From: the human T2T-CHM13v2.0 reference genome, Homo sapiens
NCBI RefSeq assembly: GCF_009914755.1
Contig: NC_060932.1
Length of the DNA stretch: 64,000 bases
Direction: 5' to 3' (one strand)
Under the pieces are notes generated by a model. That model was not told the DNA's origin. It searched no databases and worked only from the letters and a program-made list of their open reading frames with translations. Shown one piece after another: positions 42,912 to 57,529 of this stretch. The position numbers were made by a program, and so were the translations under genes. Each line of letters begins with the position of its first letter. Positions within the stretch are counted from its first letter, which is position 1.

Positions 42912-45806
42912 TATAATTCTTTCTTACTATGATTGTACTTTAGAATTTTTTTTAATGTGAAGCTTATATTAAAATATGTTTGTATCCCGTATGGTGTGTT
43001 TTGGATACATCTACAGCTAAGGTAAGATGGGAGCTTTTAACCCTTCATATTCAGCTTCTCCTCTCATTAAATCCAGTTTAAAGTTTTCCCCAATGCTGAC
43101 TAGGGCACAGTAGGTGCAAATTAATTTTATTATTTGCATTTGACAGGATTCATTGTAGTTCAAACTTACCAGACACAGATATTGTTTGAGGTTTCAGCTG
43201 TTCACCAAACACAAATGAAAATATTTGAACTTCATTGTAATTATTCAACGCAAGCTTTGAAATTAGGAGAGTGAACCCTTGTGGATACCATATAGCTCCT
43301 AAAACATTAACGTATTTCTCCCAGTGCTACAGAGTCTCTAAGTAAAATATACTAACCAACCAGAAAGTAGTTATTATTATCATTTCCTTTCAAAAAATAA
43401 AAAAATGTAAACAGTTTAAATAATTGGCCCAAGGTTGCATCCAAGTACTAAAATTATTATTTTGTCTTAGGGGAAAATGCTTGGAATATGCAATTAAAAA
43501 TTATTCAAATACCAGTTTCTCTTTTTATTAGAAGTGTAACATTAGGGAGTTCTATAACTCTCTGAACTTTGATTTACTCAATGATAAAGTAAGGTAAATA
43601 TTCTCTACCTTAATGTGTTGTTGTGAAGATTAAATAGGGATTTATGTTTTGACATAGCAACTACTGCAAAATAAGATGGCAATAAATGGTAGTTTTTACT
43701 TCTTTCTTCATGTAGGAAAAGATGTGATAGAATCAACATTAATAATATTCTCTGAGATGTTTTCCTAATTCTTTAGCAGAGATGGATCTGTGATTACTTA
43801 TCCACATCCTCTTATTGGACTAGCTCAATTTTATGCCCTATATAAGAGGCATCTAATTTATGTGCAATAAAGTGACATAGAAAGTTGACTTTTTGACATG
43901 GGCTTTGCTGTATTATGTTCTAGCTCAGTAGTTTCCAAATGTTTTGATTGTGCAGTCCTATTTATAAAACATTTTGTTATTCACAATATTTAGGTGCATG
44001 TATAAATTATATGCATGCATAAATCTATTAATAAATTTTACACATAATAAAACACATGTAAACAAGGGCATGTTCAAAAGCTGAAACAAAAATTAATCTA
44101 AGTAAAAGTTCTGATAATCCCTAACAAATAGTCATGTACACCCCATTGAGAAACCACAGCCACAACCATTAAATGGACATGCACAAGCATCGTTGCAATA
44201 GAAACTCATATAGAATGTTCAAGTATTTCTGCTTTTATTCATATACTGGCACCTTTCACAATTTTTTCAAACCTCAGAAAAAAGCAATGGCATGAGCCAA
44301 GACAAGACAATCTTTCAATCATGACAGACCAATTCATGAAGTATTTGTTAGAGAATGGGTCCTTGGGAATATTACCTTGTTTAGAAAAACAAAACACAAA
44401 CTACTTAAAATATGTGTGTGTCTTACCTTGACCTACTGTACTCTAGCAATTAGTCAGCATTTATTTAGGGAGTACTTATATGCCTAGAACTGGGCTAGGT
44501 GTTTTGTGGTACCAAAAGTATGATTAGACTTGAAGACGTAGATGCATATTGCAGTGAAGCCAAAATCATTAAAATATAGGCTTTAGACTCAGGCATGTAT
44601 ATAGGTTTGAATCAAGTCAAGAAATGGAAGCAGTATCTCTACTTCCTTCCATCAACCCAACCGTTTGTCTATTCTTCAACTTTCATGGAGTGCCTACAAT
44701 ATACCATGACTGGGTTAGGTACTGAGATGCTAAGGACACATGATGCTGAGGGAGGTAAGGTCAATGTCCCTGTCCTTTTCCTGTTCTTTCATATTTGTAT
44801 CTCCATGGCCTAGAACAATGCATGTATTTGTTGTATGAGTGAAGGAAGGAATAATCATATGGCCTGTCAGAAAAGGCAGACATAAAATAAAATAAAATAA
44901 AATAAAATAAAAGTTGATAAATAATGTTGATTGTATTGAGAAGAGAAAGAAAAAGTGCAGCTCTTCTGAAAGCTTATAAATGGGGGGTCTTATGAAACCC
45001 ACATAGGCTAGGAAAGCAGTCCAACAGAGCATGGATACAAATAGGTTTAGAATGATGGAAGCTGAGCACAGGATTTGGGCAAAGGAATAACATAAGAAGA
45101 ATTCCCTAATATGGGGAGATGTTTGGCCTAATTGAAATGGGAATAAGATTAGTGTTCCTTGAAAGTAGAGAATGAAGGGAGAAATGATATAGGATGTGGC
45201 TGGACTGTAGTCGGACCCAGATAATCCGAAACCTGTAGAGTCATTATACTCCTTCCTCTTGGGCCTGCCTGCCTCCCTTTTCTTTTATGTTCTGTGCATC
45301 TTTCTCCTTTTTTTTTTTTAAATCATTTTACTTCTCTCTCTCCAGGCCCATTTATTCAACTATATTTAAACTTAATAGATCAAAACAAAACAAAGTTTTG
45401 TTTTATGTCCAGTATGTTGTATGCCTTTTGAAGGAAACCCATACTGAGTTCTTCGTTACTTCTTGTATCCACTGACATTGAGTAGTCAGTGGATAACTAC
45501 CCTTCATCTAGAATCTGATCAACCTGGCTCATGACATTTTATACAGAGTCCTCTGTTTCCAATTTCTAGTGAGAAAATATCAACAGAAGGGCCATTGCCT
45601 TAGGGACAGAGGCCTAGTGGAAAAGTTGTCTGTAATCTAGGGATTTGGATCTCAGAGTTCCAAATTTCCCAGTGGAGCAACGGATGCAGGAAATACACTG
45701 TTTAGTTTTGTTTTGTTTTTGTTTAAAATGTCGGCAGTAAGTGCTGAGAGGAGGAACCTTCATGGAGCCCTGAATGTGAGAAGAGCAGAAGTAAGAAGCA
45801 AGAAGG

Positions 45807-46170
45807 GGCTGGGCATGGTGGCCCACAGCTGTAATCCTAGCTCTTTGGAAGGCTGAGATAGGAGGATCACTTGAACTCAGGAGTTCAAGACTAGCCTGGG
45901 CAACATGGCAAAACCTGGTCTCTATAAAAAGAAATAAAAAAAATGAGCTGGATGTGGTGGCATGCACCTGTGGTGTCTCAGCTATTCAGGGGGCTGAGGA
46001 GAGAGGATCGCTTGAGCCCAGGACGTTGAGGCTGCAGTGAGCCATATTCATGCCACTGCACTCCAGCCTGGTGACAAAGGGAGACCCTGTCTCAAATTAA
46101 GGAGAAGGAGAAGGAGAAGGAAGAAAAAAGAAGGAAGAAGAGGAGGAGGGGGAGGAGGAAGAAAAGGGAA
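45807..46170 (+). mobile_element. AluJ with GA-rich (GGAGAA/GAA) tail
   Basis: ggctgggcatggtggc...gaggatcgcttgagcccagga...gtctcaaa, then a purine repeat. Confidence 0.88.
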
Positions 46171-46433
46171 TTGTGGTAAGCCTACTGTTAGGAGTTAAGG
46201 TAGAGGTGGAGGTTTCAGTTATAATCTTAGTAAGAATTTTGCAGGATTCTGCTACTCTCAGTAATATCAAATGTTTTGAGCATCATTGGACAATATCCTA
46301 TATTAAATGTGAATCATTAGGAAACAATTCACATGACCACTTTTTTGGGTAAAGCAATTTAACAAAAGTTTTTTTTCAAGGTTTGGCAATCTCATTTTTT
46401 TTCTAGGTCATATGTGTGAGTATGCTAAAGCAG

Positions 46434-46813
46434 TTTATTAGTTTGTTCTCACGCTGCTATGAAAACATATCCAAGACTGAGTAATTAATAAAGGAAAAAG
46501 GTTTAATTGACTCAGTTCAGCATGGCTGGGGAGGCCTCAGGAAACTTACAATCACGGTGGAAGGCAAAGGATAAGCAGGCACCTTCTTCACAGGGTGGCA
46601 GGACAGAATAAGTGCAAGCAGGGGAAATGCCAGATGCTTATGAAACCATCAGAAACCATCAGATCTCATGAGACTTACTCACTATGACAAGAGAAGTGTG
46701 GGGAAACTGCCCCATGATCCAAATACCTCTACCTGGTCCCACCCTCGACATGGGGGGATTATGGAGATAATTCAAGATGAAAGTTTGGGTGGGGACACAG
46801 CCAAACCGTATCA
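46434..46813 (-). mobile_element. THE1 (THE1D-like) solo LTR
   Basis: ttattagtttgttctcacgctgctatg...gaggcctcaggaaacttacaatc...gggtggggacacagccaaaccgtatca; 5-bp TSD agcag/ggcag. Confidence 0.88.
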
Positions 46814-47013
46814 GGCAGAGACCTGACAAAACTCACTTGGAATCATATTAATTTATTTCTTGATTAATTTGTTCAAGAAATGTATATTGAAAACCCCATT
46901 TTCCATGTTCTGTGCCTGAATGATGAACTTCAGAAAAAATTCCTTGCCCATGCCTTGATTTGTTGGCAGGGTTAAATTTAAGTTTCTCCTACAAGAATGT
47001 AAGGAGCTTATTT

Positions 47014-47286
47014 TATTTTATTTCTTTCTTATTTTTGAGACAGAGTCTCACTCCAGATTGGAGTGGAGTGGTACAATCTAGGCTCATTGCAGCCTTGGCC
47101 TCCTGGACTCAACCTTCCAAGTAGCTGGAACTATAGGCACATGCTACCACGTCCAGCTAATTTTTGTAGATATGGGGTGTCGACATGTTGCCCAGGCTTG
47201 TCTCGAACTCCTGGGCTCAACTGATTCTCCTGCCTCAGCCTCCCAAAGTGCTGGGATTACGTGCGTGAGCCACTGTGTGTGGCCCA
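47014..47286 (-). mobile_element. AluJ with internal deletions
   Basis: TSD gagcttatttt on both sides. Confidence 0.85.
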
Positions 47287-48541
47287 GAGCTTATTTTAGG
47301 ATGAGATCCAAAGCATGAATAACAGAGCAGAAATAACCAAGTCCTTGGTGATGTTCCTGAGCAATTTAACCAATCAACTTGAAGTCTGTCCAAGCTGAGA
47401 AATTTCTAGCTAAATAAGCCATTAATTCTTTTTTATTTAAGCTAGTTAGAATTGAGTTTCCTGTTACTTGTAAGCCTGAGCATCTTGAAACAATACATAT
47501 ATGAGATACATAAATTTAAGGATAAATGATAGAAGGGTTGAATGCCTCTATTGTAACTTTATTTTTAAAGTATGAAATTTGAATCAATATATAAAGTCTG
47601 ACATTAAAAACATCCGGTTAAGAAGAAAGGCCTAATATTATAACTTCCAAAAAGTGAAGGAATATCTTTGAAATGAAAAGGGAAAATGAAACATCAAACA
47701 TTTATATGAATTATTTGTATATTATTAAATGCTTTTCAAACTCATTCTTTAGGATCTCGAAGAGAGAAGACTTACTATGTGAACAAAATGAACATTTACA
47801 TGCACATTACTTATATTAATAAACTACATATATAAATCAATTAATTACAATTGGACATGGCATTTATTTGTAAACAACCTATAACAGATCATTGTTTGAA
47901 GAGAGAAAAGATGATGGAATGCTTTAGCAACTGGTAGATATTTGAGAGTCGAAGATTTTTGCACCTTTAAGAAATTCCAGTGTTACTTCGGTTGTTAATT
48001 TCAGGTCCACTTCCTTCCTGGTGGCAAGAATCAGGCCGTCTTCTGAACAAATTCCATGAAGGATCTGTTTCCTTTCCCACAAAGAAAGAATGTCTAATGT
48101 AGTTTCACATTCCTACAGGTACATTAACCAAGCATGAAGTTTATCTATCTTCATGCCCCGCTCCACAGCAGCGCTGACTGAGATGACATTTAGATGATCT
48201 GAAATACCATTTTATTTATTGTTGCTACTCTTGTTTTTCTTTCTGACTTGGTTCCTCTCTTGCTGTTGTTACAACTTCATCTCTCATTCCTTTCATTGCT
48301 TCCATGGCTTTAACTTTCCTTTTGTTTCTCTTTGCAATATTATCTCATTCCTACAACAAGTCACTGATTCCTATTCAAACAAGCAAACGTGTACAAAAAG
48401 CTCAAATAAAATAAACCTTGTCCAGTGTAGGCCACTTTGTAGAAAAGAAAAAAGTCAGGATCATGTCATTGTCTCGGATAAAGATGTGCCAGGACACCCT
48501 CTGGTCACATGTGTATACATCGTCACGCTTCTTGTTGCATG

Positions 48542-48857
48542 GTTTTTGTTTATTTGTTTGTTTTTCGAGACAGAGTCTCACTCTGTTACCCAAGCTGGAG
48601 TGCAGTGGCACAATTATGGCTCACTGTAGGGTCAACCTCCCAGGCTCAAGTGATTCTCCCAACTGGAACCTCCCAAGTAGCTGGGACTACAGGAGTGCAT
48701 CACTACACCCCCCTTCTAATTTTATTTTTTAATTTTTTTGTAGAGATAGGATCTCCCCGTGTTGCCCAGGTGGATCTCAAACTCTTGGACTCAAGTAATT
48801 TTCCTGCCTTCACCTCCCAAAGTGCTGGAATTATAGGCGTGAGCCACCACACCCAGC
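48542..48857 (-). mobile_element. AluJ
   Basis: TSD cttcttgttgcatg at 48528-48541 and 48858-48871. Confidence 0.88.
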
Positions 48858-50147
48858 CTTCTTGTTGCATGTTAATCCCAGGCTCTGCTTATGGTTAGAG
48901 AAAATGTCTTTGAAGCCATTAAGACTCTAAATATGGCTGAATATGCCTTTAAATTAAATTCAGTTGATAAGTTAAAAAGAAATGGTAGCTCCATTTTGCC
49001 ATGACAGGAACAAGATGTACTTGAAAGAGAAACTGAGTTCAGCCAGAAAAATTAATTGGAGGGAATAAAAGAGGCTTGAAGAGAAACCTAGCATTTAATT
49101 ATGCTTAATTGTCACTGTGGAAATTACTGTTTACAGTATTGTCATTTTTAAAAAAGATATTTTTAGAGGTGACATTTTGATTAGGATAATTTCCTGCTTC
49201 CAATGTAATACACTTTTATCAGTATTTGGCTCCATGGCTGTCAAGCCAGCAAAACTGTTGACAGGTTTTTTTAGATTGGATGAATGCAGGCCCAAGATGT
49301 CTTGGTTCTTAGCTGGAATTTATTGAATGCATCAATATTGCATTGACATTAAAAAACTCTTTATGCTACACTACCTGAATTCAATTGTACAACTTGGTAG
49401 ACATACATAAGACAATGATGAGCTCAGCAAATATTTTATGTGTGCAGACAATTTGGAAAGAACTTCAGGATTGAAACTCAGGCTTAGAAGAGCTAATATA
49501 TATATTACATTCAACTCAAGGCAATCAAATTTACCACACATTCATGTATCTCAGAAGATTGTTTTGGGAAAACATTAACTCCTTTCTATGTGTTCCATTA
49601 TGCCCTGAGGCTTTATTCTAATTGAGAGTCCATATTAATAAGTTAGATGATAAAATATAAGCAAAAAAATGACAGTGAGATAAGTTGTCCTAGAGAAAAG
49701 AAGCTTTGAGGTGACAGAATTTACAATTAAGAATACTAGAGGAAATCATCAGAAAGCACAGCTTGAATTATTTTGTACAAAATAAGGTTAATGAAGGAAT
49801 ACTTCAGTGTTCAGTATTTTTTCATGAATATTTTAAGAAGTACAAGAAGCTTGACTATTGTATTATCTGAAGCAGGAAGACTAGACTATTTTTCTTTAAA
49901 AAGGGAAACCAGTAAACTTCATTGATCTGCATTCAAGTGCTCTACTCTAAGTTTATTCCAAAGAACCTATAGAGGTTAACTCAAGCATGTTCTAGTTAAT
50001 CCACTAGATGCTTACATCTCATATATGGCTAGTATTGTATTTTCGGGTTTGCAAATGTTGCTTTTGGAGTACTCTGTTATCATTACAAGATTCCCACCAC
50101 TTGTATCTAATGTTTACAACACACATCATTTAAAATAGGTATATTAA

Positions 50148-50460
<313 letters not shown>

Positions 50461-51094
50461 TAGGTATATTAAATGGCTTACAAATTGAGGATGATGTGTG
50501 TGCATTCCATTTATTTTTTCTTTTAAAATGACTTAAATACCTATAGATTAAAAACAGAAAGTAAAAATAATCAAGAAAAATGTAAAAGTTCTCCAGTGCT
50601 CCTTCATAGACATAACTTTTGTTAACATTTTGATACATATTTTCCAGTCTTTTAATGCACATATATATTTGGTACTTAACAAAATTCAATCATATACAAA
50701 TAGTATTGCAACCTGAAATTTTCAATTAGAAACATAGCGGACATAAGAAATTTCATTGATAAGTTTAGTGGTTTTCCATTCATGATGTATTCCATAAGTA
50801 CATGATAACATATTTTATCTATTTCCTATTGTATTGAATATTTATATTTTGCATCTTTGCAGTTATAACCATTGTAGTGGTGGATAAATACGTAGATCTG
50901 ATTACTTCCTAGTAATTCTTGTTGATTAAATTGCATATAAAATGATGTGCACAATTTAAGACATTTCACATATATTGCCAAAATGCTTTCCAGAGAGATT
51001 TTTACAGTTTACAATCTTGACAGTGTTATAGGTTGCTTTTTTCTCTGTATTTTTGCCTCTGTTTCCTCATCTGTGATACAGAAATAATTATACA

Positions 51095-51240
51095 ATGAAC
51101 TAAAGTAAATTAAATTAGAAATTCAGTCTTCATTCTCACTAGCCAGATTTCAAGAGTTCAAAAGTAACGTGTACCTACTGTGTTGAACACAGCAGACCTA
51201 GAGTACTGCTCTCATTGCAGAATACTTTTGCTGGACCAAT
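51095..51240 (+). mobile_element. MER3-like hAT MITE fragment
   Basis: aaattcagtcttcattctcactagccagatttcaagagttc...cattgcagaa. Confidence 0.65.
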
Positions 51241-51249
51241 GGGCCTTAG

Positions 51250-51560
51250 GTTCAGAAGCATTTCTATTTCCCATCATTCCTGGCCTCCCATCTATTCCAC
51301 ACAGTAAGATGCTGCCATCCCTTGGCCCCTGTGACACCATGCTCCCTTAGTTTTCTTCCAGCCTCTTCAGGCCATTTCTTCTCAGTCTCCCTTAGGAACT
51401 CCTCCACCTCCACCTGCTCTTTAAAAGTTGAACATTCTCAGGACTCAGTCCTAGATCTCCTCTTTTTTTATTTTATACTTTCCTTTAGAAAGATTCTATG
51501 GATTCCAACACTTTCTATTTGGTTGGAATAGAATTCTATTTGGCAATTCTGAAATTTATA
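51250..51560 (-). mobile_element. L2 fragment
   Basis: ccttggcccctgtgacaccatgctcc...ctcaggactcagtcctag. Confidence 0.6.
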
Positions 51561-53829
51561 TTTATATTTATATCATATCTTCTGATAGGTCTACTTTGCA
51601 TCCGTGCACTGGCATCCATGCCAGTTTCATCCTCCTGGGAGAAAGGGGGTTCCTCAGACAGGAGCTAGAAAATGAAAGCTCCACTCTCATGATCAGAAGA
51701 GTGCTGTCTTTCTTTTGGCCTAGACATTGAGTCTGCATATCTAGGAGGTTATATATTGTAGCATAGGTTAAAGATAATGTCAGACCAAGAATTAGGAAAT
51801 CTGAAAGTCAGGAAGATGTGACCGTCATCCTAGGTCCAGCACACACTTGAGAGTGAAATTATCTGGGGTCATTATCATGGCCATGTTTATATTCTTTATT
51901 TACATCCTAGTTTCTAGTAAAATTTTATTGAAAATTCTGAATTTACTTCAACTGTACGATGTAGAGCACATTAAGAGGGGAAACATTTGCCTAAATTTGG
52001 GCCATGATGTTAACCATAAAACTGTGTCCTCTAGCCCCATTTCCCCATTTCCTACTTCAGATCCCTGTGATGGTGACTGGTAATGTATGAGCTGTTCCAT
52101 AGGTCTGTCTTGCTTGTTCAGACAATTTCCCCATCATGAAATTTTTCTTCCAGCATTAATATTTAAAGTTCATAGTTTTCATGTGATTGAAATACATATT
52201 CCCTTCAAGGTCCCTGCTGGGAGAAAGTATACTCGGGTCTAGAATGTTTCTCTAAGGTTTCAGGTCCAGTATATACATCTGCATCTACAGTGTAAGAATG
52301 ATGAATAAGCTTCTAAGTTATCACATCCTAATTTGTGCTTCGAGCTGTACAGTGTGCAATAGTGCACCCTTCTGGAAAAATATTAGAAAAAAACTACATC
52401 CTCGACTGCAGCCCATCCTGATTATTTATTTTGACTTGTGCTGAGAATTGCTCATTTCCTCTCTGCAGTCACTGGCATCTCCATGACTGTCTTGTGCCAA
52501 TGTGTCCAGGAGAATAGCCTGGCACTGGCCAGGTGCTGAAAAAATACTCCTTGAGCTAAAGAACCCATGTTTGTATCATTAAGCAGTCTAAATGAGACAA
52601 TGTAATCTCCCTAATAGGGTGGGAGGAAGAGGATTTCTGTTCTGCCAAAAGAAACATACAGGATTTTGGTATAGATGCTGGTGAATTTCAAACTGTCTGC
52701 CATTCAGATGTGTGTCCTATTTAGGAGATACTTAACCACACTACCCTTTCTCAGAAGACATGATAGGAAGGAAAGTTTTACCCTTTTAACAAAATGAACT
52801 AAAATGAAATGCTTTAGAGGTGAAAATTTGGCTCTTTCCAATTCTATTTTCTAAGACTATTATTTTTAAATTTTGTTTACATCTAAAGTCAATGTCAATA
52901 TAGAGTTCTCAACCCTCTCCTTTGAAGTTTCAATAGGTTCCTTCGAGAGTAAAATGACAGCAACAGCAAAAACAGTAGGTCAAAAGAACATGTATCAATG
53001 GCTTTTGCCAGTTTAGTGTTGAAAGTACTAATATCTTGCTGTTTGCATCACTTCTTGATTTGCTGTCTGGCCCAACAATATGTTTGGAATGCAGGGCAGT
53101 CTGTTTGATATATATGGCGCTGGCCTCTGCTTCTGGGTCTGCGCTTTTGTTGCCAAGATATTGCTTTACTTGTTAAATAAAAGAAGACAAGATTAATTGG
53201 TTAATAGTAAAACTCTAGGCTGTATGATTAAATATTGTACAACAACAAACATTGTGTTTTTAAGAAGTGAGGAGATGCATAGTAAAAGCCAGGGTGAGTT
53301 TATTCCATAAGGGCATGGTTTGCCCTCTGCTGTTGCTGATTGCTCTCAGATTAATCAGGCTAAAACTGGTTGTTTAAATACATAAAATGCTTTGACAAGA
53401 AAAGTGATCCAGTTGGTACGTGCAGGCTTAACTGTTATCTCCACTCAGCCAAAGGTTTTGTTCTCTCTTGCACTCTGCATATATTTTGAAAGATTGGAAA
53501 TGTAGGTTCTAATAATAACATGATGGAACCAAGCTCATGGTGGGAGCAGATGGTGAAATTTTAACAGATGACATGAGAGTGTAGAGTGATTCAACCTTTA
53601 TTTTGCTGATAGATTTTCTATCAAAGAGGATTAACTTTACACACCAGAAAATAGGGTGTTCTTGATTAAGAAGAAGCTGAAAACGAAGGAACGAAAAAAA
53701 TATGCAATATGCTTTTAATGAGTTTAAAGTCTCTTGGCTCAGTGTGGTTATATCCTTGTGAATGTAAACAACTTGAATTGAGGTCACAGAACCATGGAGT
53801 GTCCTCTTTAATTAATAAGCCAATACCTC

Positions 53830-54060
53830 ACCACAATTACTATGTGACAGTCACGGTCTAAGCACTGGGTATTATTTGATCCTTACCTCAACCTTATGTG
53901 GTAATTTTGTCAGCCTCATTTTAGTGATAAGGACATGGAGGCACAGAGAGGTTAAGAAACTTGTCCAAGGTCACACACCAAACAAATGGAGGAACAAAGT
54001 AGCAAACCCACATACTTTGATACCAGTATTCATGCTCTCAATCCCCACACTATACTTGCC
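53830..54060 (-). mobile_element. MIR
   Basis: gaggcacagagaggttaagaaacttgtccaaggtcacac core. Confidence 0.75.
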
Positions 54061-54339
54061 AAGCTGACAGATGTGCCTAAACACTGGAAACAGGAATAGC
54101 ATTTTTAGTTTTCAACATAGAAAACTAGGTATATTCTGGAATCAACAGAAGATAAGATTAATTGACCTATAATAAAATTATACAATTTGTGATTAAATGT
54201 TGAATAATAAAAAACAGTGAGTGAGATATATGCTCCATTGAATCCAGTGTGAGTTTAATGAGAACAAATCATTCTACACCAGCTTAATCTTTGCTTCTGA
54301 TAAGATAACCAGGCTCACAGATAAGATCCATGTAGGAAA

Positions 54340-55330
54340 CATAGCTTATCTGAGATTTTTTTTCCAGACAATTGGAAAAGCCTTTCATATACACAACACA
54401 GATTTGTATAAGATGGAGAAATGTGGAATTAGTGATAGTGCAGCCATTTGGATCTTATTGAATCCCCCTGCCCATGAGGATGGATTGATGATTGGTATGA
54501 GCCTGGAGGACTGTCCCTAGTTGTTTGCTAGTGCCAGAACATGGCCTGTTCAGTATTTTTACCAAAAACCTAGATGATGAAAAATCAGCTTTATTTTACT
54601 TATTTACTTATTTTTGAGACAGGATTTCTCACTGTTGCCCAGACTGGAGTGTAGTGGCGTGGTAATAGCTCTTTGTGGTCTCAACCTCCTGGGCTCAAGT
54701 GACCCTCCTACTTTACCTCCAGAGTAGCTGGGACCACAGGCATGGCCCACTAGTCCACCACACTTGGTTAAGGTTTTGACTTTCTATAGAGATGAGGTCT
54801 TGTTGTGTTGCCCAGGCTGATCTTGAATGCCTGGGCTTAAGCATTCCTCACACCTCGGCCTCCTAAAATTCTGGGATTACAGGTGTGAGCCACCCATACC
54901 CGGCCTATTTATTTTGAAATACATTAAAACAAAACAAAACAGAGCCTGAACTTGGCATGAATAATATGAAGCTTTATAGGGATAAATCTGAAGTTCAGCA
55001 TTTAATTTAGAATATTCCAAATGCAATGGTCATTTCTACAATGACTAGCATAATAAAAAAGCTTTGAAGTATTTAGCAATATTAACCTTAAGAAGGAAGA
55101 CTTAAGGGGAATAGCACATATATTTCAAATATATGAAAGGCTGTTGTATAAAACATATATTTATTCTGTATCTGTTCAGGAGACAAAGCTAGAATCTATA
55201 GGTGGAAACAACGTAATACCATCCTAATGATATTAACTGTTTAAACATTGCATGGGTTGTCTTTTCTTCTATAACCTCCTAAGTGTCTATGACATAAGAA
55301 GCTGTCCTTGGGTAACTGCTAGTTCTGCTT
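54340..55330 (+). mobile_element. L3/CR1 RT remnant interrupted by AluJ
   Basis: aagatggagaaatgtggaatt..., cctggagg..., ctgttcagtatttttacc resemble CR1 RT motifs (KMEKCGL, WREV, LFNIF). Confidence 0.5.
54590..54905 (-). mobile_element. AluJ
   Basis: Antisense dimer, J-type. Confidence 0.85.
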
Positions 55331-55445
55331 AGATCTGTGTTATGATTTGAGAAATATTAAGGGATTTTCTTCTTCTTTCAAAATACCTTTTACCACTAGG
55401 ACTTCTGCAGACCTTTAGACGCCCACGCTGTGTACAGCATTAGAG

Positions 55446-55660
55446 CAGGGTTGCTCAACCTCAGCTCTGCTGACATTTTGGACCAGATCATTCTTTGCTG
55501 TGGGAGCTGTCCTGGGCACTGTAGGATGTTTGGCAGCATTGCTGGCTTTTACCAACTAGATGCCAGAAATAGCCCTCCCCCAGCCGTGACAATGAAAGAA
55601 GTCTCCAGACATTGCCAAAAGTGCCCTGAAGGACAAAATCACCACAAATTAATAACTACT
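55446..55660 (+). mobile_element. MER20 (hAT-Charlie MITE)
   Basis: cagggttgctcaacctcagc...ctgtcctgggcactgtaggatgtttggcagcat...ctccagacattgccaaa. Confidence 0.88.
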
Positions 55661-57318
55661 GCTTTAGGGAAAGGCATTAAGTTTCTTGCTAAAATGCAAA
55701 TGTATTTTAACTGAGGTATTCCAAGCTGAAGGATGGCATGATACAAAGATGGGCATGATGGAGACCCACATGCAGTGTTTTCTTGGAGAAGTAGTTTGGT
55801 GTATCTGGCTCATGGTGCATGTGTGGGAGGAAGGTGAAAGGTGGTGATGGGCAGTAGCCTTATTCTGCACATGGACCGACTTCAGTGTCAGGCAGGAAGT
55901 GGGTACTAACTTTGTTAGGCAAGTGAGTATCACTAATGACATTTGGGTAGGAGAGTGCATGTCAAATTGCCACTTTGGGAAGATACATCTTATGGTGGTG
56001 TGTGGGGTGACTGGGATGTGTAAGGTATTAGTTAGCATTTATTACTAGCAGAGAAATGATGATGACCTAACCTAGGGTGATGGTTAAGTGGACCTGGGAA
56101 AGGAGGCAGCAGGTGAGGACTATTAAATAGGAAGTATAATTGAATAGTTATAGAGTGTGAGGTATGGGCAAGGATGATCCTGAAGTTTCAAATATGGATT
56201 AAAAAGATAAAGTTAATTTCCTTACAAATAGAGGAAGAAGGAGCAGCCATGCTGGTGGAGAGGATGATAGAGTCATGAATAGACACCAAGTTCCTAAGGA
56301 AGAAGATACAGAAATGGATGGAGATTTACCATAGGCAAAAGAGTTTCCTTCATAGCACTGTGTGTCTGAAAAAAAGAAAAAAACCTCGTAGAAAACCATT
56401 CTTAATGTTTGTGCAGAGCCAAAAGTAGTCAAAATAGCTCATTCTTTGATCTACCTATCTCATCATTTATTGAAATCTAAAACAAATACAAAATAGGTAA
56501 TAGAGCATGAATGTGACAACTCTACAGTGTTTTTTTCTTTATTTAGCATATATGTAAATTTTGATAAATAATGTTATTTCCCTTCATCCACCTGAGTTAG
56601 TAAAAGGTATTTACTTGCTTTCAAACTTGAGCTGTCTTCTCTTGTTGCAGGACTTCACTGCTGCTTAGGGAGCTACTTACTGATTAGCACTGAGTGTGCA
56701 TTTCATGGTAGTTGTGTTACAGTGGTTCTTGATTGCCTTCTGTTGTTGGTGGTAATTTTCCACTGATCTTTTCCAATTATGAATTCCATGAAGATTGCTT
56801 CTGGTTTTTGTTCCCAAGACCAATTTTGGTCTTATTCCAGATAAAACAGACATTCAATTTACCGTTTACCCACTCTTTACTCACTGTTTTCCATGGAAAT
56901 ATTCTTCACAAAGCCTGTATGAAGAGTTTTAGGATAAAGTGCAATTACTAATATTTTGTATTTGGCAAACTCAGTCCTTAAGCTGTTTAGTCTCTGTGTA
57001 TTTCTGCAGAGCCCCAGTGGAGTCTGACATAGCTTTCCTTCTCTAGAGTTCATGAAAATTCTTGCCTGATCACCTCAGCTAGCTGAGAATCACCCCTTTT
57101 CTGACATGTAAAGTACATGTAACCACTTTCTATGTCATTATGGTATGCATTTTGATACAAAAATTTCTCTTCTATTAAAAAATCTCCTATTAGTCTTAAG
57201 CTCCTTAGGAATATGGACTTTTATCTCCCCTTCTCCTCCACTTTTCCCCCACCCCTTCAACTCACACACATAGTTTAGCCAGCCTGAGGCAATATGGCAT
57301 CATGATACTCATCTGATG

Positions 57319-57373
57319 AGAAATGAACAAGTGGATATTCATCAAAAGAAATGAACAAGTGGATATTCATCAA
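57319..57373. repeat. Perfect 28-bp-period tandem duplication
   Basis: agaaatgaacaagtggatattcatcaa at 57319-57345 and 57347-57373. Confidence 0.95.
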
Positions 57374-57529
57374 GTTACTTTTGTAAGTTGATCTTTCTTG
57401 ATACAGATCAGTTGCCCAGTGCCAAAACACAAAGTAGTCAAAGCCATGTTATAGAGGGGTAAAATAACAAGACCGTGTTTAAGACTATTTAGAGTAGTAA
57501 AAATAATTTGGTAGATGTAAAGTGGTACC

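Noticed and set aside
48200-48360. Purine-rich minus-strand stretch resembling a coding exon or pseudogene
   Set aside because: No open frame with recognisable homology; may be a decayed repeat.
56630-56760. Strong acceptor ctgtcttctcttgttgcag|ga as C8orf34 exon 2
   Set aside because: Downstream sequence does not encode the expected ELMTKL..., hits an early stop in phase 0, and has no good donor.
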